Virus record (IMG/VR): IMGVR_UViG_3300032249_001455
Location: 9,429 to 73,428 of that record
Strand: one strand, 5' to 3'
From: a virus
DNA: 64,000 nt
Under the pieces are notes generated by a model. That model searched no databases and was not told the origin of the DNA. It worked only from the letters and a program-made list of their open reading frames with translations. Position 1 is the first letter of the stretch. Each line of letters begins with the position of its first letter. Of the stretch, positions 1-11,217 are shown in pieces. The translations under genes were made by a program, and so were the position numbers.

Positions 1-159
1 AAGTCGTTTGGATTTGATGAAAATACCGTATTTAACTATATAAAAGGGGTCGAATCACATTTTAATGTTATTAATGTGGATTTTGATTCAATCATCAAAA
101 GTTCATTCAATCTTCCTGTAAAAACAGTCAGCATAAAAGCGACTCCGAAAAATGACTGA
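1..159 (+). CDS. 3' end of an upstream CDS (truncated by window)
   Basis: Frame 1 is open from base 1 to TGA at 157-159, overlapping the start of the next gene. Confidence 0.5.
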   Translation, partial: KSFGFDENTVFNYIKGVESHFNVINVDFDSIIKSSFNLPVKTVSIKATPKND

Positions 160-1189
160 AATTCAGCGTGATATTTCTAGAGAAACCAGTCAAATACCGA
201 AAATTGCCATCGTGTACTACTGCTGGGCCACTAGCGATTGGAAACAACGCGCCACTTTCGCCTTTGAAAGGTTGAAGCGTTCTGGGTTGTACGATGCCGC
301 GGATGAATTGTACTTCTTGGTCGCGGACACAGAGGAGAACAGAGATGAGGTTGAGAATCTTGTAAGAAAATTTCCCAAATTCGCATTGGAGTACGAGGAA
401 GTAAATCTCGGGTCGGAATATAGGGCGATTAAAAAAGTTCAGGAAATAGGCAACCGGAGCGATGAATACAACATCCTTTATTTCCACGCCAAAGGCGTCC
501 ACAACAAGTACTCAAATGTAATTGAACGCAAAGAATTAGACGAATTGAGGATAAAGGGAATCAACTGCTGGACTGAAATGCTGACATACTTCGTCGTGGA
601 CAGGTGGACAGAGTGCGTCGCCAAACTGAATGATGGTTTTGATACCGCTGGTGCAGCCTGCCACTACAGGTGGTGGTGGGGAAATTTCTGGTGGGCGTCC
701 TCCCGACACGTCAAAAAACTGATAAAGTTTGAAGGAGGCACTAGGTGGTACTGTGAGTCCTGGCTCCACGAGGGACGGGACAATTCCGAATGGGAGTCAA
801 TAAGGTTCTTCGAGCACAATAAGTTTAGATACCATCCCTACTTCAGCGTCATCCCCAGATACATTTATGAAGATGGCGGCTCCAATGTCGCGATCAATAT
901 AATCAAGGCAGAATACGGATGTTTCGGTGAGCAGATTGACGAGGGGCGTCCGGCTCCCCGGAGTCCAGATGTTATAGATGTCACCGAAAAGGTCAGAGAA
1001 CTCTCGCCCCCAGATCAGATAATTTACCCGAAGCACTTGCTTGAACAACTTCATTCTTGTGACGGAGAAAAATACATAAGAGTTTACTTCTCTACATCTA
1101 GGGAGCCGGACGCGAATTATATTGTAACGAGCCACCCTATTTTCGACGACATCGGACTTTTTGTGCCGCCTAGAACAGAAGGAAATTAA
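152..1189 (+). CDS. Putative glycosyltransferase-like protein
   Basis: 345 aa; YFHAKG and WWGNFWWAS motifs seen in viral glycosylation-cluster proteins; context of GT/MTase genes. Confidence 0.55.
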   Translation: MTEIQRDISRETSQIPKIAIVYYCWATSDWKQRATFAFERLKRSGLYDAADELYFLVADTEENRDEVENLVRKFPKFALEYEEVNLGSEYRAIKKVQEIGNRSDEYNILYFHAKGVHNKYSNVIERKELDELRIKGINCWTEMLTYFVVDRWTECVAKLNDGFDTAGAACHYRWWWGNFWWASSRHVKKLIKFEGGTRWYCESWLHEGRDNSEWESIRFFEHNKFRYHPYFSVIPRYIYEDGGSNVAINIIKAEYGCFGEQIDEGRPAPRSPDVIDVTEKVRELSPPDQIIYPKHLLEQLHSCDGEKYIRVYFSTSREPDANYIVTSHPIFDDIGLFVPPRTEGN

Positions 1190-1857
1190 TGAAACTTAGT
1201 GAAATAGCCAAGGCCTACCCGACCGACAAGGATTTTACCCACAACTATTACGAGGCGGCATACGAGTCTGCTTTTAGTTCTATAAGAGAAGAGGTCAAGC
1301 TTGTCTGCGAGATAGGCATAGGGGGCTTCTGGAATGAAGTGGGGTGGGTTCACGGCAACTCCCTAAAGGTTTGGAGGGACTACTTTCCGAACGCCGACAT
1401 TCTTGGATTGGACATAAAAGAATATCAGATAGAAGACCTGGGCAGAATAAGGACGGGCTGGCTGGATCAGTCCAAGAAGGATCTGGTGGTGGATTACGCG
1501 TCAAAACTGAAGGACTACGATCTGATAGTGGACGACGGATCGCACAACATATATGACCAGCAGATCACGCTGGCCTATTTTTTCAAATGCCTCAAGCCGG
1601 GGGGCATATACATACTGGAAGACCTGCACAGCAGCATAGAGGTAAATGACCTTGAGAAGGCGAAGTTCTGGGGCTGGGGAGAGGCCGGACACATAACTCC
1701 GCTCCAGATGCTGGAGCATCATATCGGCACCAAAGAAATAATCAGCGATTATTTGGATGAGGGCGAAAAACAGTATCTGGAGCAGAGCATAGACAAAATA
1801 GAGGTGTTTCACATAGGACCCACTAGCATCACATCAATAATTAGAAAGAAGATCTGA
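1189..1857 (+). CDS. Class I SAM-dependent (sugar O-) methyltransferase
   Basis: EIGIGG motif I, LGLDI, IVDDGSH, LKPGGIYILED. Confidence 0.85.
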   Translation: MKLSEIAKAYPTDKDFTHNYYEAAYESAFSSIREEVKLVCEIGIGGFWNEVGWVHGNSLKVWRDYFPNADILGLDIKEYQIEDLGRIRTGWLDQSKKDLVVDYASKLKDYDLIVDDGSHNIYDQQITLAYFFKCLKPGGIYILEDLHSSIEVNDLEKAKFWGWGEAGHITPLQMLEHHIGTKEIISDYLDEGEKQYLEQSIDKIEVFHIGPTSITSIIRKKI

Positions 1858-3398
1858 TGCTGACAGACCTCCCGGAAGGAACTAGAGTTTGCGGGGAAGG
1901 CAACATAAGCTGGTTCCCAGAAAGACAGGTGAAGCTTGTTGAATTTCTGAAACAGATCAAGCCTGTGACCATTTTGGAAACGGGATTCAACATGGGTCAT
2001 TCTGCGCATCTCATATGTCAAACAATTCACGAATTGAAGAAGAAATGTTCTGATTATTCAAAAGTTCATGTTGACTTTTACATCTTTGATATATGCGAAC
2101 ACGAGTGCGTCAGGCACAATTTTGAGATACTCAAGAGCTATTGGCGCGATTGCGTGAGCCTGCATTTGACGGAGGGCGATTCCGCCAAGACGCTCCCCGA
2201 CTTTGTGTCCAGGTTCCAGGGCAGATTTGATTTTGCCGAAATAGACGGCAACCATACCTTTGACGGGGTCCAAAACGACATAAGAAGCGTCGTCGGCGAA
2301 ATGGAAGAGGGCGGCGTGATTTATGTGGATGACTACAAGTCTTCCAAATTCAGGTTTGAAGGGCTGGATGCGGGCGTGGATGAATTTTCATGGGAAAGTT
2401 TTGAAATCGGCAGCATTGACGGTTTGTTCTGGGCCACAAAAAAGCAAAAGAAATGTGACTTGCTTTTGCACAACCCCAACAGCGATTTTATGAGGGAATT
2501 CCGGGATCACTCGGCGTTTTGGGACGAGATAGTCGCCGTTCTGTCGGAGAGTTGCAATGTTTTTGAAAACAGAGGCGACGCCACAACCCAAGAAGATTTG
2601 AACATTCACCTTTCCAGGCGAACCCGAGACCACCTTCAGGTCAAGAACTGCGAGATGGTCATAGAAAACTTGGACACGGGGGACTTCTATGTCCTCTCCT
2701 TGGCAGACCAGATAAGCCCAGCCGTGCTAGCGGAGCAAGACAACCCCCATCTGAAGATGGTACTCTACAGCCAGTACGTACCCGATCAGATTTTGTTCCA
2801 CGCTGGAAAGAACGCCCACAAGTACCGCCCTTGGATATATTTCCCCCAGAACAGCGCCGACTTTGACGGCCTGTATGCCAAAAGGCAGGACATGGCCGAG
2901 CTAAAGGAGAAAATGTATTTCAAGGGAACAAGGGAATACAGGCCTATCATCGGCCACATAGACCCGTCCCTATTGTCGGACAACGGGGGACTGGGCTACC
3001 GCGAATACCTTGAGGAAATGATGGGCTACCGCCTTGCTTTGAGCATAGGAGGGGCGGCGAACGGTGATATATGCTACCGCGATGTGGAATGCATGGCTCT
3101 TGGAGTCCCGATGATCAGATTTGAATATGTCGTCGGATTAGACCCTAATTTAATTCCCAACTACCATTATTTTTCAATCCCCCTTCCCGACGATCTGCCC
3201 CTTCAGAACGCTGTCAAAAAGGACAGGTTGGGACTGAAGAGGCATGCGGAGATGATAGAACAGAGGTTCAGGGAGGTGGTCGGAGACTTGGATTACCTCA
3301 ATTTCGTATCAAACAATGCCCGTAGGTACTATGAAGAGAACCTCTCCCCCAAAGTCAGGGCTAGAAACACTCTTATGAAATTAGGATTAATAAAATGA
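1857..3398 (+). CDS. Methyltransferase (Methyltransf_24-like) fused to C-terminal glycosyltransferase-like domain
   Basis: LETGFNMGHS, IDGNH, VDDY in the N-half; the C-half has CYRDVECMALGVP and LIPNYHY, GT-B-like. Confidence 0.7.
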   Translation: MLTDLPEGTRVCGEGNISWFPERQVKLVEFLKQIKPVTILETGFNMGHSAHLICQTIHELKKKCSDYSKVHVDFYIFDICEHECVRHNFEILKSYWRDCVSLHLTEGDSAKTLPDFVSRFQGRFDFAEIDGNHTFDGVQNDIRSVVGEMEEGGVIYVDDYKSSKFRFEGLDAGVDEFSWESFEIGSIDGLFWATKKQKKCDLLLHNPNSDFMREFRDHSAFWDEIVAVLSESCNVFENRGDATTQEDLNIHLSRRTRDHLQVKNCEMVIENLDTGDFYVLSLADQISPAVLAEQDNPHLKMVLYSQYVPDQILFHAGKNAHKYRPWIYFPQNSADFDGLYAKRQDMAELKEKMYFKGTREYRPIIGHIDPSLLSDNGGLGYREYLEEMMGYRLALSIGGAANGDICYRDVECMALGVPMIRFEYVVGLDPNLIPNYHYFSIPLPDDLPLQNAVKKDRLGLKRHAEMIEQRFREVVGDLDYLNFVSNNARRYYEENLSPKVRARNTLMKLGLIK

Positions 3399-5080
3399 AC
3401 AAAAATGTGACGATAGTTACGGGTCTCTGGGATCTAGGCAGAGGGGATATGGACGGCTGGGCGAAGAGAGATTTCTCCCATTACAAGGACAAATTTTTTG
3501 AACTTTTGAAGTGCGACGCACAGATGTGCATCTGGATTCCCGAAACCATCAGGGGTGAAGTTGAGGAGATTAGGGGCGACAAGCCGACAAAAATATTCAT
3601 CAAGAACAATTCCGACTTCAAGACTTGGAATCCTTTTTTCAACAAAATACAAGAATTGAGGAATGATCCTTCATGGAAGAATTTCGCGGGATGGCTCCCC
3701 GGATCGCCCCAGGCGGCACTGGAATACTACAACGCGATGATGTTCACGAAGATGTTCATGCTCAATGATTCGGCAATAACCAATCCGTTCTCGAGCGAGT
3801 ATTTCTTCTGGATGGACGGAGGATTGACAAATACTGTGAACGCGGGGTATTTCCTCCATGACATGGTTCTTGATAATCTGGATAGATATGTTCTGAAGAG
3901 CGGCAGCAAGTTCGTCTTCATTTCCTATCCGTACGATGGCAACGACGAAATCCACGGCTTTGAGCGGAAGGCCATGGCTCGGTACTGCGATGTGGATTTC
4001 GTCAATTATGTCTGCCGTGGCGGTTTCTTCGGCGGATCCAAGGAGAACGTTCACGCCTTGAATGACCTTCATTACGGCGTCATGAAGTCCACATTGGATG
4101 AGGGCTTCATGGGAGCCGACGAGTGCATTTTCACAATCCTCGCCCACAGGAATCCTGAACTAACACATAGGTTTGAAATATCGGGCGACGGCCTTGTGTG
4201 GCCTTTCTTTGAGAATTTGAAGGAGTTCACGGAGGACAAGATGAGGCATGATCCCTCTTTCTCCGACCCGGATAACACCGCAATATATGTGATAACCTTC
4301 AATAGCCCCTCGCAGTTTGAGGCTCTTCTGCAGAGCATGGAGACCTACGACAATGACTTTATAACTAGACCGAGGCGGAAGTATCTGTTGGACAACTCCT
4401 CCGATCTCTCCACCACCGAGAAATACAAATCTATCTGCGAGAGATACGGATACGAACACATAAAAAAAGACAATCTCGGAATATGCGGAGGCAGGCAGTT
4501 TGTTGCCGAACACGCGGAGGAGAACGGCTTTGATTTCTATGTGTTTTTTGAAGACGACATGTTCTTTTACTCGGGGCCGGATTCGTACTGCAAGAACGGG
4601 TTCAGAAGAAAAGTCGCAGACTTGTACAAGAACTCCATAAGTATCATAAGGGAAAACGGCTTTGACTTTCTCAAGTTGTCTTTCACGGAATTCTACGGGG
4701 ACAACGGAACCCAGTGGTCCTGGTACAACGTTCCGCAGGATGTCAGAGAGAAATACTTTACTGAAAAGACCAAGTTGCCCGTCATGGGAACTGATCCGAA
4801 CGCGCCGAGGACAAAATTTGACAGGATAAGGGTTTTAAATGGAATTCCTTACATAGATGGAGAGATATACTACTGCAACTGGCCCCAGGTCGTAAGCCGA
4901 AGCGGCAACAAAAAGATGTTCCTCACCGAACGGTGGGCCCATCCCTACGAGGGCACATGGATGTCATATATTTTCCAAGAGACAAAGAAGGGCAACATCC
5001 GCCCCGGCCTCCTCTTGGCTTCGCCCACACAGCACGAACGCAGAGATTTCTACGACGGAAAATTGAGGAAGGAATCTTAG
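3395..5080 (+). CDS. HtrL/YibB(WlaTC)-like glycosyltransferase fused to a GT-A-like domain
   Basis: TIVTGLWDLGR, NPFSSEYFFWMDGG, CRGGFFGG; second domain with FFEDD and NLGICGGR. Confidence 0.75.
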   Translation: MNKNVTIVTGLWDLGRGDMDGWAKRDFSHYKDKFFELLKCDAQMCIWIPETIRGEVEEIRGDKPTKIFIKNNSDFKTWNPFFNKIQELRNDPSWKNFAGWLPGSPQAALEYYNAMMFTKMFMLNDSAITNPFSSEYFFWMDGGLTNTVNAGYFLHDMVLDNLDRYVLKSGSKFVFISYPYDGNDEIHGFERKAMARYCDVDFVNYVCRGGFFGGSKENVHALNDLHYGVMKSTLDEGFMGADECIFTILAHRNPELTHRFEISGDGLVWPFFENLKEFTEDKMRHDPSFSDPDNTAIYVITFNSPSQFEALLQSMETYDNDFITRPRRKYLLDNSSDLSTTEKYKSICERYGYEHIKKDNLGICGGRQFVAEHAEENGFDFYVFFEDDMFFYSGPDSYCKNGFRRKVADLYKNSISIIRENGFDFLKLSFTEFYGDNGTQWSWYNVPQDVREKYFTEKTKLPVMGTDPNAPRTKFDRIRVLNGIPYIDGEIYYCNWPQVVSRSGNKKMFLTERWAHPYEGTWMSYIFQETKKGNIRPGLLLASPTQHERRDFYDGKLRKES

Positions 5081-5355
5081 TCCCAATGTTCTGTTCCGTT
5101 CTCGTCGAAGTAGTGAAGTACCCAACCATTAGTTGAATAATACTTCCTGTCAACCTTGATTTTGCCGTTGTGGATTTTTCTGTGACACACGGCACATGTG
5201 GTCACCGTATTTAATTCCACATATTCGCCCCCGATTTCTCCCGGGACTATTCTGTGGACATCCAGGGCGCAGTAGTCGTCCTCCCCGCAGAAGTGGCACT
5301 TCTTGTCCGACTTCTTTTTGATTGCCTTGTTGATTAGTCTTTTCTTTCTCGGCAT
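5077..5355 (-). CDS. HNH endonuclease
   Basis: CHFCG...DVHRI...GGEY..LN...CAVCHRKIH; start taken at MPRKK. Confidence 0.8.
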   Translation of the reverse strand: MPRKKRLINKAIKKKSDKKCHFCGEDDYCALDVHRIVPGEIGGEYVELNTVTTCAVCHRKIHNGKIKVDRKYYSTNGWVLHYFDENGTEHWD

Positions 5356-5392
5356 TGCATGATAAAATAGTAGAAATCCATGGATTGCTCCG

Positions 5393-6424
5393 ATGCGAAT
5401 TGAAAATGAAGTCAAGTTGGATTATTCCGATGTTCTCATCTGCCCGAAGAGGTCCGAATCCCCCAGCAGGAAGAATGTAAACCTCCACAGGAAGTTCAGG
5501 TTTCTGAACTCCGGAGCGGACTGGGAGGGGGTTCCGATAGTCGCCGCGAACATGTCCACGGTCGGGACTTTCGCCATGGCCAAGGCTCTCGCGGAATACG
5601 ACATGCCGGTGTGCCTTCACAAGCACTACTCCACATCGCAGCTTGTCGACTTTTTCGGAGACAACGATTCTTTCTATACGCTCGGAATAAAGGACGAGGA
5701 CTTTGAAAAGCTAGAAGATTTCAGGGGCAGGCACGGCGATCCCAAATATGTCTGCCTCGATGTGGCCAACGGCTACACGAGGTTCTTCGTGGAGAGGTGC
5801 AAGAGGCTCCGGGGAGCCCTGCCGAAAAGTGTTCTGATGGCGGGCAACGTATGCACGCCAGAGATGGTTCAGGAACTCCTGCTTTCGGGCGGGGTTGACA
5901 TCGTCAAGATAGGAATAGGCCCCGGATCCGCATGTACCACTCGAATTGTGACTGGCTGTGGTTTCCCGCAGCTGAGTGCATGCATTGAGTGTGCCGACGC
6001 CGCCCACGGCCTCAGGGGTCACATCGTCGCGGACGGAGGATGCACCACGCCGGGCGACGTCGCCAAGGCCTTCGGAGCCGGTGCCGACTTTGTGATGCTC
6101 GGAGGGATGCTGAGCGGACACAACGAGTGCGAGGGGGACTGGGAACTTGACGAGTACGGCAACCGGGAATTCTTCAGGTTCTACGGAATGAGTAGCGACG
6201 AGGCCATGGAGAAGTTCAACGGCGGCAAGGCGAGGTACAAGGCCAGCGAGGGAAGAAGCGCCAAGGTTCCGTACAGGGGGCCGGTGAAGTTCACCGTGGA
6301 GGAGATTCTCGGAGGCTTGAGGAGCGCCTGCACCTATGTGGGTACCGAAAACCTGAAGGACTTGAGCAAGTGCTGCAAATTTGTTAGAGTGAACAACACC
6401 CACAATAGAATATTTGAGAACTGA
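5393..6424 (+). CDS. guaC: GMP reductase
   Basis: [47 protein letters not shown]. Confidence 0.95.
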   Translation: MRIENEVKLDYSDVLICPKRSESPSRKNVNLHRKFRFLNSGADWEGVPIVAANMSTVGTFAMAKALAEYDMPVCLHKHYSTSQLVDFFGDNDSFYTLGIKDEDFEKLEDFRGRHGDPKYVCLDVANGYTRFFVERCKRLRGALPKSVLMAGNVCTPEMVQELLLSGGVDIVKIGIGPGSACTTRIVTGCGFPQLSACIECADAAHGLRGHIVADGGCTTPGDVAKAFGAGADFVMLGGMLSGHNECEGDWELDEYGNREFFRFYGMSSDEAMEKFNGGKARYKASEGRSAKVPYRGPVKFTVEEILGGLRSACTYVGTENLKDLSKCCKFVRVNNTHNRIFEN

Positions 6425-6447
6425 GTCGGACGCGACTAGGTTACGAC

Positions 6448-8055
6448 ATGCATGAATTTGAAGACGAACCTCTGTCGGACGCCGAGCAGGCGGAACTCGA
6501 CAAACTCACCAACCCGGATGACAATCCCGACGAAAAGTACAAGTGGGACGAGGAATTCCAGAGGACGATAATCGGGCTTCTGCTCAACGACAGGTGGTTT
6601 GCGACACAGTGTCAGGACCTCATAAAGCCTTCTTATTTCGTAGACGAACGGCACCAGCTCGTGTGCCGGATACTGTTTGATCACATAGATTCCTACAAGA
6701 CGATTCCTTCGAAGACGCTCGTGATGCAGGAGGTGAAGGACAAGACCGCAAACAAGGACGAGCAGTCTAGATTTCATTACACCGCAGAAATAGAACTGAT
6801 ATACAAAAAGTATGTCCCGGGACTCGACACAAGAGAGGCCTTTCTCAACAAGATAATAAACTTTGCCAAGCTGATGGCTCTAAAGGTCGCCTTTGATCAG
6901 TCCCTCGGCCTCATAAAGAGGAATCCCGAGAGCGAGGACACGTGGATAAAAATTCAAGGCGTTCTGAAGGGAGCCCTTCTCGTGGACAGGAACTTCGAGG
7001 AGGGACTGAACTACTTCCAGACCTTCGAGGAGCGGTACGAGAGGATGCAGAAGGATGAGGAGACGAGGGAGAGGTTCACGAGCGGGTTTGACAGGATAGA
7101 CGACGCCCTCCTCGGGGGCGGGTGTCACCGTGGCGAGATTTATTCGTGGATCGGAATGAGCGGAAGCGGAAAGTCCCTCGCCCTTGTCGGAGCCGCCCTT
7201 CAGAACGTCGTCAGGCTCGGCAAGAAGGTTCTGTACGTGTCTCTTGAAATGGGAGAGGACGCCATAGCCGAAAGATTTGACGCCCAGCTTTCGGGGGTGG
7301 ACATCAACAAACTACAAGAATACAGAGAAAAGGTCAGGGCTGCCTTCGAGGACAAGCTCCGCGACAAGGAGGACAAGCGCCTTCTAATAATAAAGCAGTT
7401 TCCCGCCGGAAGCATGACTGTCGCGACCCTCAGAGCCTACATGCAGCAGCTTCAGCTCGTGGGATTCATCCCCGATCTTGTCGTCATAGACTACATCGGC
7501 GAAATGAAGGACTATCCCGGCATTCCAACGTACGAATCCAGATACAGGATGGTCCGCGACCTCCGGGGACTCGCCACGGAGGAGAACATCTGCATATTCA
7601 CCGCCATGCAGCCGAACAAGGACGCCCGCGAGGCCCAGAAGAAGGACGGCCTGGGCGACGGCGTCATAGACGACACCAATCTCGCTGACTCCTACGGGCA
7701 GATCAGACCCCTTGACGGGTGTTGGAGCATAAATCAGATGCAGGCCGAGAAGGAGGCCGGCATAGCCCGCATATTCGTCATCAAGCACAGGCACGGCAAG
7801 AGCAGGTTCACATTCTGGGCCCAGTTTGACAAGGAGACGCTCCAAATAAAGCAGATAGCGGAGGACGTCTACAACAAAATATGGAAGGAATACTCTTTCA
7901 AGAAGACGGAGCGCGCTTCCGACATGGACATGCAGGCCGAGATGCTCGCCTCCAAGACAAAGAAGAAAAAGATGCTGGAGAACGACGCGGGGTACGATGA
8001 TCCCGACTCTCCCGACGTACAACCGCCATTAGAAGAAGGAGAAAAGGGTGACTGA
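6448..8055 (+). CDS. dnaB: DnaB-like (T4 gp41-like) replicative helicase
   Basis: Walker A GMSGSGKS, SLEM, VIDY, AMQPN, KHRHG. Confidence 0.9.
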   Translation: MHEFEDEPLSDAEQAELDKLTNPDDNPDEKYKWDEEFQRTIIGLLLNDRWFATQCQDLIKPSYFVDERHQLVCRILFDHIDSYKTIPSKTLVMQEVKDKTANKDEQSRFHYTAEIELIYKKYVPGLDTREAFLNKIINFAKLMALKVAFDQSLGLIKRNPESEDTWIKIQGVLKGALLVDRNFEEGLNYFQTFEERYERMQKDEETRERFTSGFDRIDDALLGGGCHRGEIYSWIGMSGSGKSLALVGAALQNVVRLGKKVLYVSLEMGEDAIAERFDAQLSGVDINKLQEYREKVRAAFEDKLRDKEDKRLLIIKQFPAGSMTVATLRAYMQQLQLVGFIPDLVVIDYIGEMKDYPGIPTYESRYRMVRDLRGLATEENICIFTAMQPNKDAREAQKKDGLGDGVIDDTNLADSYGQIRPLDGCWSINQMQAEKEAGIARIFVIKHRHGKSRFTFWAQFDKETLQIKQIAEDVYNKIWKEYSFKKTERASDMDMQAEMLASKTKKKKMLENDAGYDDPDSPDVQPPLEEGEKGD

Positions 8056-8578
8056 AATAAACGACCTCGTACCGAAGGGCGATGCCGACAGGGTCGCGCC
8101 CCACGCGCAGACCACGATAAAGATAGGCGGCCAGGAGATCGTCCTGGACAACACAAGGCTGTCTTTCAACGAGATTAGCCTCAATAATTTCATGGAGAAC
8201 CTCGCCCTCTGGTACGACTACTTCAGCCAGAAGCTCGCAGAGGCCGAGGCCATACTGGCCTACAAGGAGTATGAGTATGACATACTTTTCTCCGCCTCTT
8301 ACGAGAAGAGCAAGGAGGAGGGGTGTACTGACAAGCTTGCGGAGGCAAGCACAAAGAAGGACGCAAATGTCTGCGAGGCCAAGAGGGAGATCATCGGAGC
8401 CAAGCACAAGGTCACTCTCATTAAGCAGCACCTCAAGGCGTGGGACAAGGCCCATGAGAACGCGATGAGCAGGGGTCACATGGTGCGCAAGGAGATGGAC
8501 AAGCTTAACACCGACATCGTATTCAAGAACCGGGACGACGCGGTGAGCGGCATCGTAGGCAGAAGCCGTTCCGAATGA
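8048..8578 (+). CDS. UvsY-like recombination mediator (coiled coil)
   Basis: Helical protein with TDKLAEA motif, placed between helicase and gp32/UvsX-like genes. Confidence 0.5.
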   Translation: MTEINDLVPKGDADRVAPHAQTTIKIGGQEIVLDNTRLSFNEISLNNFMENLALWYDYFSQKLAEAEAILAYKEYEYDILFSASYEKSKEEGCTDKLAEASTKKDANVCEAKREIIGAKHKVTLIKQHLKAWDKAHENAMSRGHMVRKEMDKLNTDIVFKNRDDAVSGIVGRSRSE

Positions 8579-9216
8579 GGCGTGGTGTGGATTTCCTCGT
8601 AGATCCCGACAACATAACGAAGTACGACTGCACGGATCACGAGCTTCAGCTCGTGCTTCTTTTCTGGATATGCGCCGCGGGCAAGAAGGCATCCACCGCG
8701 GCGCGAAACCTGAGCCGCATGCTTTCCCATGGCAGGGATAGATTCGGCACGGACGAGCCGTTCGAGATAATCCGCAGGTTTGGAGCCGACCTTGCGGAAT
8801 CCATGAGGGCGCATGGGATAGGATGCTACAACAACAAGAGCAGGTCAATGCTTGATCTGGCAAGCAGGAGGCTTGATCTCAAAAATTGCGGCGTCTCTGA
8901 TCTTGAATCCGTTCGCGGCATAGGGCCGAAGACCTCCCGGTGTTTCCTCATGCACAGCAGGAGGGGAGCGAGGTACGCAGGCCTTGACACCCATGTTTTG
9001 AAGTACATGAGGGAAAAGGGAATAGATGTTCCCAAGTCTACTCCGACGGGAGGAAAGTACCTTGAGCTTGAGGCGAAGTTTCTGGAGATGGCCGACATAT
9101 CAGGAAAGACAATTGCGGAGTTTGATCTTGAGATATGGAGGCACTACTCGGGAATCAGAAAAAAATACGCCGGGTCAGACGAGCGTCCGGCGGGGCCATT
9201 GCGATCAAGGCCATGA
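8575..9216 (+). CDS. HhH-GPD DNA glycosylase/AP lyase (Ogg-like)
   Basis: HhH VRGIGPKTSRCFL followed by AGLDTHVL (Lys/Asp pair). Confidence 0.8.
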   Translation: MRRGVDFLVDPDNITKYDCTDHELQLVLLFWICAAGKKASTAARNLSRMLSHGRDRFGTDEPFEIIRRFGADLAESMRAHGIGCYNNKSRSMLDLASRRLDLKNCGVSDLESVRGIGPKTSRCFLMHSRRGARYAGLDTHVLKYMREKGIDVPKSTPTGGKYLELEAKFLEMADISGKTIAEFDLEIWRHYSGIRKKYAGSDERPAGPLRSRP

Positions 9217-9312
9217 TTCCTGCCCGGCTCTCTACTGCCTTTCCGCTTCGGCTTTTCACCTGTTGCCTCCATGGGTTGGAGAACTAGTTTCTTTTTTAGC
9301 TAGATTATTGGC

Positions 9313-9933
9313 ATGGACTTGAACAGGCTGAAGTGCGATATAGATAAGGCTCTGTCTTCGGGCCTTTTGGGGACGAGCGTCCTCCTTGGGCATCTTCGTC
9401 TGATAGACGAAGACTCCAGAAAAAGCCCCCAGTACCAGGACCCAAAGCATCTTCCTTTCTATTATCACCTCGCGAAGCATATAGGTCCCGCTTCCGTTCT
9501 GAACGTTGGCTTCAATCTCGCCCTTCCCCTTTGCTGTTTTTTGAAGGGCTCTTCTTCTGTCACAAGGGCGGTCGGCCTTCAGACATCATCTGCGGAGTTC
9601 TATTCTCCTCGTCTTGCCCTGGCCAACATCAGAGACGTGAAGGGCAGAAGGTTTCCTGTCGACTTCCATTTTGGCAAGGCCACCGACGAGAACCTCTCCA
9701 GAAAGGTTTCCGGCGGCGTTGACCTCGCCATGATCACGGAGAGGATTGGCTCGGATTTGCTTGATGTCCTGGAGGTGTGCTGGCAGAATCTGAATCTCGA
9801 CGGTTTCGTAGTGCTTGACAGAGCCCCTCCCGAATCCGCAGAAGGCAGGCTTTTTTCGGATTTCTGCAGGTCAAAGAACAGAGACTTGATATTTTTTAAT
9901 ACGAGGTACGGAACCGCTCTTGCGATGAAATGA
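9313..9933 (+). CDS. Degenerate SAM-methyltransferase-fold protein
   Basis: VLNVGFNLA and LNLDGFVVLD resemble MTase motifs without canonical acidic residues. Confidence 0.4.
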   Translation: MDLNRLKCDIDKALSSGLLGTSVLLGHLRLIDEDSRKSPQYQDPKHLPFYYHLAKHIGPASVLNVGFNLALPLCCFLKGSSSVTRAVGLQTSSAEFYSPRLALANIRDVKGRRFPVDFHFGKATDENLSRKVSGGVDLAMITERIGSDLLDVLEVCWQNLNLDGFVVLDRAPPESAEGRLFSDFCRSKNRDLIFFNTRYGTALAMK

Positions 9934-9956
9934 AATGCCGCAGCTATTTTTAATAC

Positions 9957-10676
9957 ATGGGATACGAGATTTTTTACAGTTACAAGGAGGCCTTGGATAG
10001 TCCCGGCACTTACGGGGAAGAGGTCAAGACGAAAAGCGTCAAGGTGGGCAAGGTCACCGACGATGTCGGTCTGGAAGTCGTCGCGGGCAAGGTGATGAGC
10101 CAGCTCGCCCGGCGGAACATACTGATCGTGGACGTGGAGATATACGAGTATGCCAAGAAGAAACTGGGATACAGGGAGGCCTCCGACGGCATCGTCATAA
10201 AGGGGAAGAAGTTTAGTTTTGATTCGGGGGCAGTGGTCACGACCGAAGACTTCGAGTCCGAGGACGATTTCAAGCCCGAAGACGACTTCAAGCCAGTGCC
10301 GTCGCCATCAAGGGATCTCGCCGACAAGTCGTGCCCCGTCAGGAGGAACCTTGCGAAGCGAGCGATCCGCCAGGAAATGTACGATCCCGATCCCGTAGGC
10401 GAGCAGAAGGTCAGACAGAAGGGCCTGAAGTTCACTATGGGCAGGAAGTACCCCGTCCATTCCGAGGAATCCCTCGGATCCACCCTCGTCTACAGCACCA
10501 CCGACGACTCCGGAAAGGAAGTGAAGGTCAGCGCCGAGTACTTCGTCGCCGTTGGAGCCGGACTTTCGCAGGAGGACGAAGGGCCGAAGTACGTCGGAGC
10601 CGAGAACCAGAAGGAAGAGATAAACCTCTGGGGCAACTACGAGAGAACCGAAATGCCGGACATAAGGATAAGATGA
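9957..10676 (+). CDS. Hypothetical protein
   Basis: 239 aa ORF, typical codon usage, overlaps next start. Confidence 0.75.
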   Translation: MGYEIFYSYKEALDSPGTYGEEVKTKSVKVGKVTDDVGLEVVAGKVMSQLARRNILIVDVEIYEYAKKKLGYREASDGIVIKGKKFSFDSGAVVTTEDFESEDDFKPEDDFKPVPSPSRDLADKSCPVRRNLAKRAIRQEMYDPDPVGEQKVRQKGLKFTMGRKYPVHSEESLGSTLVYSTTDDSGKEVKVSAEYFVAVGAGLSQEDEGPKYVGAENQKEEINLWGNYERTEMPDIRIR

Positions 10677-11107
10677 TGACAACCAAGAAACAGCTTCAGA
10701 AGAAGAAGGCGCGCGAACTCAAGGGCAAGGCCAGAGCCGCGGCGCGGCGGCACAAGCTGGAGCAGATCAAGAGGGATGATAGAAGGGGCGCAAAACTGAA
10801 CAGAAGGTTCAGGGAAAAGATCGTCCCATTCGTCAAGGATCCCGAGAAGAAGAAGGCCATAGAGGAAAAGAGCAATCAGAAGTCGATTGAGAAGCTTGAA
10901 AAGAACATGCAAATTCTCAAGGCTCTGGAGGAGGAGCATCTCAGGGAGGCCGAAGAAAGACGCAAGATCAACGAGAGCCTCGAGGCCGAGGGCCACGTCA
11001 CTCTCCAGGACAAGGTCAAGGCTCTTGAGGAGAAGGCCAGGTCAAGCCTTGATGAGGAGCAGGCTGCGTCGGGTGGCATAGATTTGACCGCGGAAACACC
11101 GTCGTGA
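10673..11107 (+). CDS. Hypothetical basic coiled-coil protein
   Basis: Start MMTTKK at ATGA overlap. Confidence 0.7.
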   Translation: MMTTKKQLQKKKARELKGKARAAARRHKLEQIKRDDRRGAKLNRRFREKIVPFVKDPEKKKAIEEKSNQKSIEKLEKNMQILKALEEEHLREAEERRKINESLEAEGHVTLQDKVKALEEKARSSLDEEQAASGGIDLTAETPS

Positions 11108-11125
11108 AAAATCTAGAAAAATCTA

Positions 11126-11154
11126 TTGACAGCCACCCTATATTACATTATAAC
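11126..11154 (+). promoter_or_regulatory. Sigma70-type promoter of ssb/recA operon
   Basis: TTGACA-17 nt-TATAAC. Confidence 0.75.
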
Positions 11155-11217
11155 TTGCCGACGCGAACAGAAGTAGCGTTGGTTTGAACTTTCAACTTTT
11201 AACAACGGAGAATTAAC